Shown here piece by piece: positions 21,896-30,627 of a stretch of DNA of 64,000 nucleotides; the stretch's first letter is position 1, and each line of letters begins with the position of its first letter. The stretch is taken from assembly GCA_963976585.1 (NCBI GenBank), contig CAXBLS010000001.1, positions 1,787 to 65,786 on the forward strand. Reading direction: 5' to 3'. The stretch comes from an uncultured Kordiimonadaceae bacterium (GTDB lineage: Bacteria; Pseudomonadota; Alphaproteobacteria; Sphingomonadales; Emcibacteraceae). The notes beneath the pieces are model-generated. The model ran no database searches. It was not told the DNA's origin and saw only the letters and a program-made list of their open reading frames with translations. A program made the position numbers and the translations under genes.

Positions 21896-23881
21896 ATGAT
21901 AAAGAAAATACTCATAGCAAACCGCGGCGAAATAGCTTGTCGTGTCATTAAAACAGCCCAGAAAATGGGGATCGCTACCGTCGCTGTGTATTCTGATGCC
22001 GATGCCGATGCGCTACATGTGAGAATGGCCGATGAAAAAGTTCATATTGGCCCTTCGCCCGCAGCGCAAAGTTATCTCGTCGCTGATAAAATTGTTGCAG
22101 CGGCAAAACAGACCGGGGCAGATGCTGTTCATCCGGGCTACGGGTTTCTCTCTGAAAATTCAGACTTTTGTGAATTACTTGACAAAGAAGGCATCACTTT
22201 CATTGGTCCTGGGACGAAGGCCATTGGCATTATGGGTGATAAAATATCATCTAAAAAACTTGCGGAAGAAAGTGGCGTCAATACCATTCCCGGATATATG
22301 GAAGTTATCAAGGACGCTGAAGAAGCAGTGGAAGTTGCAAGGGGAATAGGTTATCCGGTGATGCTCAAGGCGTCGGCTGGCGGGGGCGGCAAGGGGATGC
22401 GAGTTGTTTATAATGATGATGAGGCACGTGAAGGCTTTAATTCTGCGGTAAATGAAGCAAAATCAAGCTTTGGTGATGATCGGGTTTTTGCGGAAAAGTT
22501 CATTGAAGATCCGCGTCACATAGAAATTCAAGTGCTCGGCGATAAACACGGCAATGTAATTTATCTGGCAGAACGGGAATGTTCAATCCAGCGCCGCCAT
22601 CAAAAAGTGATCGAAGAAGCGCCAAGTTCATTCCTTAGCATGGAAACACGTGTTGCCATGGGTAATCAATCTATTGCTCTTGCAAAATCGGTAGACTACA
22701 GCTCTGCGGGTACTGTGGAATTTATTGTTGATAAAGACCAGAATTTTTATTTTCTGGAAATGAACACCCGCCTTCAGGTGGAGCATCCCGTTACCGAACT
22801 GGTTACAGGGATCGACCTAGTGGAGCAAATGATCAGAAGTGCAGCAGGGAAACCCCTTAATATTTCTCAGGAAGAGGTGGTAATAAATGGCTGGGCGGTG
22901 GAGGCGAGAATATATGCAGAAGATCCGCTGCGGGGATTCTTGCCGTCGACGGGCCGGGTTTCAGACTATATGCCGCCTGAGGAAGATGCCCATATCCGCA
23001 TAGACAGTGGTATATATGAAGGCAGTGAGATCAGCATTTATTATGATCCTATGATCGCCAAGGTTATCGCCTACGGCAAAGACCGGGATCAGGCCATCGA
23101 TAAATTGCGTTTGGCTCTTGATGAATATTATATTCGAGGTGTCGGACACAATATTGCATTTTTATCTGATGTATTAAAATCGCCGCGCTTTAAAAGTGGG
23201 GATATTACGACCAAATATATTGAGGAAGAATATCAAGACGGTTTTAACGGCGGTACACTAAGCCTTGAGGCATGGAATATCATGATTGCCGTCGCCACTA
23301 CAGTCCATTCCTGTGAAATGGGGCGCCAGTCAACCATCAGCGGGCGAATGAACGAAGATAGCAGCTCATTTTCCGAAACCTGGCAGGTGCAGCTTGATGG
23401 TGAGGTTCAGCCAGCAAACTTTCTTATGACCCATGATGGATGCAATGTCATTACTGGCGGTGTTGTTTATGAAGTAGAAACCCTTTGGGCGCCGGGCTCA
23501 CCAGTTTTTTCAGCAACGATCAATGGTGATAAGGTAAACGTAAAAGTTAAATATCTACCGGACGGATATGAGCTAGGCTATGACGGCGCGACGGAAGTGG
23601 TTCATGTACGCAGCGCGCGCGAGCTGGAGCTGGCAGCTCTTATGCCGAAAAAAGTGCCCGCTGACATGTCCAAATATTTGCAGTGTCCTATGCCGGGCCT
23701 AGTGGTGTCTATTAATGTGGCTGCGGGTGATGAGATCAAGGCAGGACAGAAGTTGTGCGTGATCGAAGCCATGAAAATGGAAAATATCCTTTGTGCGGAA
23801 CATGATGGCAAGGTCGCGAAAATATCAGCCGAAGCCGGCGGCAGTCTTGCGGTTGATGAGATTATCATGGAATTTGAGTGA
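21896..23881 (+). CDS. pccA: Propionyl-CoA carboxylase alpha subunit (biotin carboxylase + BCCP)
   Basis: 661-aa ORF starting KILIANRGEIACRVI, with an ATP-grasp region (GGGGKGMR, EMNTRLQVEHPVTE) and C-terminal biotinylation motif EAMKMEN. Confidence 0.9.
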   Translation: MIKKILIANRGEIACRVIKTAQKMGIATVAVYSDADADALHVRMADEKVHIGPSPAAQSYLVADKIVAAAKQTGADAVHPGYGFLSENSDFCELLDKEGITFIGPGTKAIGIMGDKISSKKLAEESGVNTIPGYMEVIKDAEEAVEVARGIGYPVMLKASAGGGGKGMRVVYNDDEAREGFNSAVNEAKSSFGDDRVFAEKFIEDPRHIEIQVLGDKHGNVIYLAERECSIQRRHQKVIEEAPSSFLSMETRVAMGNQSIALAKSVDYSSAGTVEFIVDKDQNFYFLEMNTRLQVEHPVTELVTGIDLVEQMIRSAAGKPLNISQEEVVINGWAVEARIYAEDPLRGFLPSTGRVSDYMPPEEDAHIRIDSGIYEGSEISIYYDPMIAKVIAYGKDRDQAIDKLRLALDEYYIRGVGHNIAFLSDVLKSPRFKSGDITTKYIEEEYQDGFNGGTLSLEAWNIMIAVATTVHSCEMGRQSTISGRMNEDSSSFSETWQVQLDGEVQPANFLMTHDGCNVITGGVVYEVETLWAPGSPVFSATINGDKVNVKVKYLPDGYELGYDGATEVVHVRSARELELAALMPKKVPADMSKYLQCPMPGLVVSINVAAGDEIKAGQKLCVIEAMKMENILCAEHDGKVAKISAEAGGSLAVDEIIMEFE

Positions 23882-23884
23882 ACG

Positions 23885-24199
23885 ATGCTGAAACCAGGAC
23901 AAAAAGCGCTTAGACTGCTCATCAGAGGACGAGTTCAGGGTGTGTTCTTTCGGGATTGGACCGTACGTCACGCCAATGATCTTCAATTAGATGGCTGGGT
24001 CAGAAACCGGACCGACGGAACAGTAGAAGTGCTACTGGTTGGCTTGGAAGATGACGTGGATAAGATGGCGAAACTTTGCGAAGTCGGTCCGCCATCCGCC
24101 AAGGTCGATGAGATTGAAACGACCACGGCTATGGGGATCACCAAAAAAGGGTTTATCCAGAAACCGACGGTGAACATCGCCGAAAGACGTGGGTTCTAG
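23885..24199 (+). CDS. acyP: Acylphosphatase
   Basis: 104-aa ORF with signatures [11 protein letters not shown] and [13 protein letters not shown]. It starts 3 nt after the pccA stop. Confidence 0.88.
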   Translation: MLKPGQKALRLLIRGRVQGVFFRDWTVRHANDLQLDGWVRNRTDGTVEVLLVGLEDDVDKMAKLCEVGPPSAKVDEIETTTAMGITKKGFIQKPTVNIAERRGF

Positions 24200-24840
24200 T
24201 TGCTACTTTCGAAAATTTCTGTCCATGTGCGTTTTAATGCAGCATCAAGATCACCCATAGTGATCGGAAGGCCGAGATCGACCAGCGAGGTTACACCGTG
24301 CTCTGAAATGCCGCATGGTACAATACCGGTATAGTGGCTTAAGTCTGGCTCGACATTAATACAGATACCGTGAAAGGTGACCCATTTACGGACCCTGACA
24401 CCGATGGCGGCAATTTTATCTTCGCGGCCTGCTTCGCGGCGCACCCAGACGCCAATCCTGCCATCGCGTTTTTCCCCGACCACGTTAAATTCCGCCAGAG
24501 TGTTTATAACCCAGCTTTCAAGATTGGCGACAAACTGTCGAACGTCCTTACCGCGCTTATTCAAATCAAGCATCACATAAACAACACGCTGTCCTGGCCC
24601 ATGGTATGTGTACTGACCGCCGCGGCCCGCATCATATACGGGGAACCGCTTCGGTGAGAGCAGGTCTGCTTCTTTCGATGAGGTGCCCGCCGTATAAAGC
24701 GGTGGATGTTCGACGAACCAGATCAGCTCATCGGCGCTACCCGCACGAATTTCTGCGACGCGATTTTCCATAAAGCGCACGGCGTCTTCGTAATCGGTCA
24801 GCCCTTCACTGAATTTCAATGCAATATTAGGCGAAGTCAT
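24196..24840 (-). CDS. lipB: Octanoyltransferase (lipoyl(octanoyl) transferase)
   Basis: 214-aa ORF with LipB motifs ([43 protein letters not shown]). Confidence 0.93.
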   Translation of the reverse strand: MTSPNIALKFSEGLTDYEDAVRFMENRVAEIRAGSADELIWFVEHPPLYTAGTSSKEADLLSPKRFPVYDAGRGGQYTYHGPGQRVVYVMLDLNKRGKDVRQFVANLESWVINTLAEFNVVGEKRDGRIGVWVRREAGREDKIAAIGVRVRKWVTFHGICINVEPDLSHYTGIVPCGISEHGVTSLVDLGLPITMGDLDAALKRTWTEIFESSN

Positions 24841-24853
24841 GTAATCTTTATCT

Positions 24854-24916
24854 TTGCAATGTTAACCAAAAAATAACTATAATGTTTCACTGTTGATGAT
24901 ATATATTTATATCATC
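24854..24916 (+). promoter_or_regulatory. Promoter candidate plus 22-nt palindrome upstream of the FliN-like gene
   Basis: TTGCAA (24854-24859), an 18-nt spacer, then TATAAT (24878-24883). This is followed by the perfect inverted repeat GATGATATA-TATT-TATATCATC (24895-24916). Confidence 0.4.
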
Positions 24917-24943
24917 CAATTGGGAAGTATAAAGGCTTTATAA

Positions 24944-25201
24944 ATGTCACAAGCGATCGAAGATGTGGAAGTTGAACTCACCGTTGTTCTCGGCCAGAAT
25001 TTAATGCCCGTGAAACAGCTGCTCAAACTGGGCCGTGGTGCGGTCATTGAACTTCAGGAACATTGCGATAGTCCGGTAAAAATATACGCCAACGGCGAAT
25101 TGATTGCCAAAGGCGAAATTATGGTTTCCGGCGAAAATATTGGCATTACTCTACTTGAGGGTGTCAAAAGCTTCCGTGAGCTTGGTTTTATAAGAAAATA
25201 A
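24944..25201 (+). CDS. Stand-alone FliN/SpoA-domain protein (flagellar motor switch / T3SS sorting-platform fold)
   Basis: 85-aa ORF. The segment VELTVVLGQNLMPVKQLLKLGRGAVIELQEHCDSPVKIYANGELIAKGEIMVSGENIGITL matches the FliN C-terminal (SpoA) pattern. No other flagellar genes occur in the window. Confidence 0.7.
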   Translation: MSQAIEDVEVELTVVLGQNLMPVKQLLKLGRGAVIELQEHCDSPVKIYANGELIAKGEIMVSGENIGITLLEGVKSFRELGFIRK

Positions 25202-25280
25202 CGCGGTTTTTCATATTTCTGTTGCGTTCGAGCGCTTCATTTGATACTCCACCACAATTGATTTACCAAACTACGAAAAT

Positions 25281-25367
25281 GCGGTCGTGGCGGAATTGGT
25301 AGACGCGCAGCGTTGAGGTCGCTGTGGGCTTTGGCCCGTGGAAGTTCGAGTCTTCTCGACCGCACCA
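25281..25367 (+). tRNA. tRNA-Leu (anticodon GAG), encoded CCA end
   Basis: Acceptor stem GCGGTCG/CGACCGC and a D-arm with GGTAGA. Anticodon stem CAGCG/CGCTG with loop TTGAGGT. It has a long variable arm and a T-arm GGAAGTTCGAGTCTTCT, then A + CCA. Confidence 0.92.
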
Positions 25368-25557
25368 TTATCCCCAAAAAAAATCTGAGAAAAATCTGAG
25401 ATCATTGTTCGCTATCATGGATGATTATCTGATCAATTGTCTGCGTGGAAATATTGCTTTTTTTCTCAAGTCTTGCGTGTCCCACCTAAAACGTTATATA
25501 ATCGCCTCCGGGCACAGTTAGTTGAGTAGTTATGTATTTTTACATTAGGAGTAAGTT

Positions 25558-26358
25558 ATGTTTTATAAGCACTTAAGAACAATATTCTGTTCATTTCTCG
25601 CAGGAATGTTTATGATATCTGGCAGTTCTGCCAGAGATATTTCAATAAATTTTTTAGCAAATGCAAGCCTTCGGATTACCGATGGAGAATATATCTTATT
25701 CACGGATTTTCCCTATGTTTCAGGTGCTTATGGACATATGGTCTATAACTACCCATATTTTGTTGAACAAGATAATAATGTTACGACACTCATCACCAAC
25801 CGCCTGACCGACCATTTTGATCCAGACGTCTTTATGACGCTGGGATGGAAAGTCATTGCACCATCGGAAGTCGTCGGTGATCTTCAACGCAGATATGCAG
25901 AACTCAATGAAGCCAGAGATAGAGTCGTCACAGAAGTGAGAAAAGATCATGCTATTGACCAAGCCTTAAGCCCAGATGCAGAAGTGGCTCTAGTGCTACC
26001 AGATCCGATCATAAAGCCTGATACAATAGTTGTTGAAGAAAATCTTATCCACGGTCCTATGCAGATTCAAGCTATCCGAACCAAATCGGCGCAGACCGAG
26101 CATTATTCATATTTGCTCGACTGGGGCGGTAAGAAGCTCTATTTAAGCGGTGATACGGGTGATATAGAACATCTGGCCTCATTGCCAGAGACTGACATTT
26201 CATTTATGACACCGTGGTTATTTGAAAATGCGCGTAAGGAAAATGCGCTACCAAAAACCAAAAAGATAGTTATATACCAGCATGCAGAGGGTGAAATTGT
26301 TCCCAATTGTTTTGACTGCATGATCCCTGTCAAAGGTGAATATATCCCTTTTGAGTGA
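25558..26358 (+). CDS. Exported hypothetical protein, possibly a degenerate metallo-beta-lactamase fold
   Basis: 266-aa ORF with a signal-like N-terminus (FLAGMFMISGSSA). The layout resembles MBL-fold hydrolases, but NRLTDHFD replaces HxHxDH. The assignment is tentative. Confidence 0.45.
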   Translation: MFYKHLRTIFCSFLAGMFMISGSSARDISINFLANASLRITDGEYILFTDFPYVSGAYGHMVYNYPYFVEQDNNVTTLITNRLTDHFDPDVFMTLGWKVIAPSEVVGDLQRRYAELNEARDRVVTEVRKDHAIDQALSPDAEVALVLPDPIIKPDTIVVEENLIHGPMQIQAIRTKSAQTEHYSYLLDWGGKKLYLSGDTGDIEHLASLPETDISFMTPWLFENARKENALPKTKKIVIYQHAEGEIVPNCFDCMIPVKGEYIPFE

Positions 26359-26472
26359 TTTTAATCACTAATTCACCCAAATAATACTTTTTGTTGTTGC
26401 GTTGGCGGGTAATTTATTCTTTCATATGTTCCGAAAAATAATACTAATATTTGAACATTTGTGGGAGATAAC

Positions 26473-27738
26473 ATGTTTAACCAAAAAATAAAACTAGGAA
26501 TGGTTTCTCTGGCCGCGCTTGCGCTCGCGGGTTGTGGTGATCAAGGCGGTAATGATGGTGCATCCGCGGATGCGCAAAAAGATATGAGCGTTGAAGCAAT
26601 CCACGAGAGGGTGGTGACACTCGATTCCCACGTTGATATCCACGAAGACATGACGTTTGACCCAATATACGATCCAGGCACTGATACTCCACAGCAAGTG
26701 GATCTCGGTAAAATGGAAGCCGGTGGCCTCGATAGTGCATTCTTCATCGTCTATGTAGGACAAACAGAACGTACGCCGGAAGGATACGCGCTCGCCGAAG
26801 AAAAGGCACGCCGAAAATTTAGTGCTATTCACAGAATGACTGAACATTATCCCGACCGTATCGGCTTTGCCAATACCCCTGATGAGTTTGAAGAAATAGC
26901 GGCCAGTGGACGTAAGGTTGCCATGATCGGTATCGAAAATGGTTATGTGATTGGTAAGGACCTTTCGCGAGTAGAAGAATTTTATAATATGGGCGCACGT
27001 TATATGACGCTGGCACATAACGGTCACAATGACATTTGTGACAGTGCGACACCATTGGCGAGCCTTGGTGACGTCGAAGAAGAACATGGTGGCGTCAGCG
27101 AATTTGGATATCAGGTGATTGACGAGATGAACCGCCTTGGAATGATGGTTGATATTTCTCACGTATCCATCAAATGTATGATGCAGGCAACCGAATATTC
27201 AAAAGCACCCGTGATCGCATCACACTCCGGTGTTTGGGAACTTTCGAAGCATAGAAGAAACCTCAACGACGAGCAGCTCAAGGCAATTGGTGCTGCCAAT
27301 GGCGTAGTGCAAATCGTCGGCCTCGATGGATTCGTTAAATATTATCCTGAAAAAGGGCCGGAAGTTGGCGCGCTTCGTGATGCTGTCGTTGCTGCGGCCG
27401 GTGGTAGCGAGTGGGACGGCGCCAAATATGCGAACGACCCCGCCTACGTAGCTGGTATGGATGCGATCAATGCCAAATACCCGCCTGCAAACGTTAAAGA
27501 TTTTGTCGATCATATTGATTATGCAGTGAAGCTGATCGGTGTTGATCATGTGGGTATCGTGTCGGACTTTGATGGCGGTGGCGGTCTTGAAGGTTGGAAC
27601 AGTGCTGCTGAAACAATGAATGTTACAGCTGAATTGGTTGCGAGAGGTTATTCTGAAGAAGACATTGCTAAAATCTGGAGCGGAAATACTATTGCGCTGT
27701 GGAGAAGAGTTGATGCGGCTGCTGCGGCGTTAAAGTAA
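26473..27738 (+). CDS. Membrane dipeptidase, peptidase family M19, lipoprotein-type signal
   Basis: M19 signatures are present (LDSHVD, TLAHNGHNDICDS, DISHVS, SHSG, SDFDGGG). The N-terminus MFNQKIKLGMVSLAALALAGCG contains a lipobox. I prefer ATG 26473 after GGGAGA over GTG 26461. Confidence 0.88.
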   Translation: MFNQKIKLGMVSLAALALAGCGDQGGNDGASADAQKDMSVEAIHERVVTLDSHVDIHEDMTFDPIYDPGTDTPQQVDLGKMEAGGLDSAFFIVYVGQTERTPEGYALAEEKARRKFSAIHRMTEHYPDRIGFANTPDEFEEIAASGRKVAMIGIENGYVIGKDLSRVEEFYNMGARYMTLAHNGHNDICDSATPLASLGDVEEEHGGVSEFGYQVIDEMNRLGMMVDISHVSIKCMMQATEYSKAPVIASHSGVWELSKHRRNLNDEQLKAIGAANGVVQIVGLDGFVKYYPEKGPEVGALRDAVVAAAGGSEWDGAKYANDPAYVAGMDAINAKYPPANVKDFVDHIDYAVKLIGVDHVGIVSDFDGGGGLEGWNSAAETMNVTAELVARGYSEEDIAKIWSGNTIALWRRVDAAAAALK

Positions 27739-27762
27739 AATGAGAAATAATATTTAGATTTG

Positions 27763-27801
27763 ATCTCCTTATTGGTTATGCTGATGAGGAGATTTTTTTT
27801 T
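27763..27801 (+). terminator. Rho-independent terminator after the M19 dipeptidase gene
   Basis: Stem ATCTCCT / AGGAGAT with a 17-nt loop, followed by a run of T. Confidence 0.6.
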
Positions 27802-27814
27802 AAGGGGAGAAAAC

Positions 27815-28711
27815 ATGAAAAAATTAATTACCTCGTTACTATTTGTCCTAATTTCGTCAACGGCGTTTGCGCAGGATGATGGTCTAAAAATACACATTTC
27901 AGTTGACCTTGAAGGGATCGCGGGTGCGGTAACTGGTGAGCAGCTGGGCACGGGTGGCTTTGAATATCAACGGTTTAGAGAATTCGCAACTGCTGAGGCG
28001 CTAGCCGCTGTTGAGGCCGCTTTTGAGGCTGGCGCAACGGAAGTTCTGGTCGCTGATAGCCACGGCAATGGTCAAAATTTACTCATTGAAAAATTTCCAG
28101 AAAATGTAAAGGTTATTCGTTCATGGCCACGTAAGCTTGGCATGGTTCAGGGGCTGGAAGAGGGTGGTTTTGATGGCGCTATTTATATTGGTTATCATTC
28201 GAGCACCAACTATATGAGCGGGGTTCGTGCGCACACAAAATCAAGTGCTGATATCACTAGTCTAAAACTCAATGGTAAGATAGCGGGGGAAAGTTATTTT
28301 AACGCTGCAATTGCCGGCGAATACGGCACGCCCGTCATCATGATTTCCGGTGATAATGCGGCGGTCAAGGAAGCGCAGGACAGCATCGGCGACATGGAAG
28401 GGGCAGTGGTTAAGTGGGATTATAGCTTCCATTCCGCAAAATCTCTTCATCCGGCTGCGTCGCGTAAATTAATCGCCGCAAAAACCAAAGCAGCCATCGC
28501 CCGGATCAAGGACTTTAAACCACTGAAGCTCGAAGGTCCCATTACCATGGATATGAGTTTTAAAAATTACCGGGTCAGTGAAATGTTGGCCTACCTGCCG
28601 CAGTTTGAACGCATTGATAGCCATACTATCCGTTATGTGGGGCCGAATATGATTGATGTTTCCACGGTTGCTACCTTTATAACAGGCTATAGTTTGGAGC
28701 TTTCACCGTAA
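27815..28711 (+). CDS. D-aminopeptidase DppA-like, peptidase family M55, with signal peptide
   Basis: 298-aa ORF collinear with my memory of Bacillus DppA (ISVDLEGIAG, VLVADSHG, GYHS, ISGDNAAVKEA). The N-terminus MKKLITSLLFVLISSTAFAQD looks like a cleavable signal peptide. Confidence 0.82.
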   Translation: MKKLITSLLFVLISSTAFAQDDGLKIHISVDLEGIAGAVTGEQLGTGGFEYQRFREFATAEALAAVEAAFEAGATEVLVADSHGNGQNLLIEKFPENVKVIRSWPRKLGMVQGLEEGGFDGAIYIGYHSSTNYMSGVRAHTKSSADITSLKLNGKIAGESYFNAAIAGEYGTPVIMISGDNAAVKEAQDSIGDMEGAVVKWDYSFHSAKSLHPAASRKLIAAKTKAAIARIKDFKPLKLEGPITMDMSFKNYRVSEMLAYLPQFERIDSHTIRYVGPNMIDVSTVATFITGYSLELSP

Positions 28712-28809
28712 TAACTGCCTACTTGACCCGGGACTAGGATACTTGTGATCCTGAAAAATAAACACTGCTGGCCACACGGTCATTGTCGAAAGTATGTGAA
28801 GGAAAGTTT

Positions 28810-29358
28810 ATGAAAAAAATTGCTTTACTGATTTTACTCATTCTGCCTGCCTGCGGCACACCGTCACAGGATGCGCAGATCGAAATTTATCCAAGTGTGG
28901 CACCATCCAGTATTGGCAATGGTGTTTCTCTTTCGATTACGGTTGATGACGCGCGTTCTACCGGTGTGATCGGTGCAATCGACGAAGATAGTCATCTGAT
29001 TACCAGTCAGGACCTGGCTGAGCTTATCGGTGTTGCACTTGTTGATGCTTATTCGAAGCAAGGATTTAATGTCACAGCGGCCAGCAACTCTGGTGCGGTA
29101 AAAATGGTCGTGTCCCTGGAAGAACTAAGCTACACGAAAGACGGCGCATTGGTGACAACCACGATTGCAACAAAATCACGGGTCAGGGTTGATGTTGCCG
29201 ATAAGGGTTATTCTAATACTTACTCAAATAACGAAGAGCGGACAGTGCCTTTTTCCGCGAACGAAGCAACAAACAATTCCATCCTGCGCAGCATAATGGA
29301 GCGCATGGTCGAACGTATTGCTAACGACGCAAACTTGCTTGGTGTGCTGACCCGCTAA
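28810..29358 (+). CDS. YajG-like outer-membrane/periplasmic lipoprotein (tentative)
   Basis: N-terminus MKKIALLILLILPACG with a lipobox. Size and layout resemble E. coli YajG (about 190 aa). The similarity was judged by eye only. Confidence 0.5.
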   Translation: MKKIALLILLILPACGTPSQDAQIEIYPSVAPSSIGNGVSLSITVDDARSTGVIGAIDEDSHLITSQDLAELIGVALVDAYSKQGFNVTAASNSGAVKMVVSLEELSYTKDGALVTTTIATKSRVRVDVADKGYSNTYSNNEERTVPFSANEATNNSILRSIMERMVERIANDANLLGVLTR

Positions 29359-30470
29359 TTCATCACCGCTTTAAACGCGCTCAGGCATTTATCAACGTTT
29401 TCTTGTGATGCTGCGTGGCCCATGAGACCAATGCGCCATACTTTGCCGGCAAGTGCACCAAGACCCGCGCCGATTTCCAGATTATGATCATTGAGGAGCT
29501 TGGTACGGATTGCCGCTTCGTCGGTGATATGATCCGGAATTATGATGGTATTAAGTTGCGGTAGGGCATATTTTTCATCGACCAGATATTTAATCCCCAT
29601 TTCAGCAAAACCTTCACGCAGTTTTTGTGATAGGTCAAAATGACGTTTCCACGCATTTTCAAGTCCTTCTTCTTTTAGGATCAGAAGGCTTTCATGAAGG
29701 GCGTACATGGCATTAACCGGTGCTGTATGGTGGTAAGAGCGACCACCCGTTCCGTCCCAGTATCCCATGACAAGGTTTAGATCCATGAACCAGCTCTGGA
29801 CCGGTGTTTCGCGGTTCTTAATTTTTTCTATGGCGCGCTCGTTAAAGCTGACTGGTGAAAGACCAGGTGGACAGGACAGGCATTTTTGTGATCCTGAATA
29901 AATGGCATCGATACCCCAGCCATCCACATCTAGTTCTGACCCGCCGAGCGAAGTGACCGCATCAACAATGTTCAGACAATTATATTCGTGGGCAAGAGCG
30001 CAAAGGGCTTTGGTATCTGATGCAACGCCCGTTGATGTTTCTGCTGCAACAAAGGCGACGATTTTTGCGTCCGGATTGGCTTTAAGTTCTTCTTCGACTT
30101 TATCAACGGACACCGGCGTGCCCCATTCATCTGCAACGACAATAGCTTCACCGCCGCAGCGCACGACATTTTCAACCATGCGGGTGCCGAACACACCGTT
30201 AACGCAGACTATAACTTTATCGCCCTTTTCAACAAGATTGGCAAAGCAGGTCTCCATGCCAGCTGAACCCGGTGCCGATACTGGAAAAGTTAGCTTATTT
30301 TCGGTTTTGAAAGCATATCTGAGCAGGTCTTTAATTTCATCCATTAGTGTTTGGAAGGCAGGATCAAGATGGCCGATGGTTGGGCGGGCCATGGCTTCGA
30401 GTACACGTGGGGAAACATCAGATGGTCCGGGGCCCATAAGAGTTCTTTTTGGAGGATGAAATGATTGCAC
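29355..30470 (-). CDS. Class V aminotransferase (alanine/serine-glyoxylate/pyruvate aminotransferase family)
   Basis: 371-aa ORF with LMGPGPSDVSPRVLEAM and the PLP-lysine context SGSQKCLSCPPGLSP, typical of the AGXT family. Confidence 0.85.
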   Translation of the reverse strand: MQSFHPPKRTLMGPGPSDVSPRVLEAMARPTIGHLDPAFQTLMDEIKDLLRYAFKTENKLTFPVSAPGSAGMETCFANLVEKGDKVIVCVNGVFGTRMVENVVRCGGEAIVVADEWGTPVSVDKVEEELKANPDAKIVAFVAAETSTGVASDTKALCALAHEYNCLNIVDAVTSLGGSELDVDGWGIDAIYSGSQKCLSCPPGLSPVSFNERAIEKIKNRETPVQSWFMDLNLVMGYWDGTGGRSYHHTAPVNAMYALHESLLILKEEGLENAWKRHFDLSQKLREGFAEMGIKYLVDEKYALPQLNTIIIPDHITDEAAIRTKLLNDHNLEIGAGLGALAGKVWRIGLMGHAASQENVDKCLSAFKAVMN

Positions 30471-30627
30471 GGTTATAACTTTCCTGAATTTAAGAATTAA
30501 AATATAGCGAAACTTAATTCATCTTAGTACTCATTGGAAGCATATATGTATAATTTGCTGGATGTAATTATTTAACTTCTTGACCTCAAACGATTTTAAG
30601 ACGATAAAATTAACTGGCTCAGGGAAA

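Noticed and set aside
25324-25521. 65-aa ORF on the plus strand.
   Set aside because: It begins inside the tRNA-Leu gene, has no Shine-Dalgarno sequence and has no recognisable family features. It is most likely a chance ORF.
25281-29358. Genomic island integrated at tRNA-Leu.
   Set aside because: I see no integrase, recombinase or mobility gene and no repeat of the tRNA 3' end downstream. Composition does not look different by eye. It is retained only as a low-interest boundary note.
30471-30627. Mg2+-sensing riboswitch (M-box) ahead of mgtE.
   Set aside because: The leader is far too short (under 160 nt and shared with a divergent promoter), and no M-box-like conserved blocks were seen.
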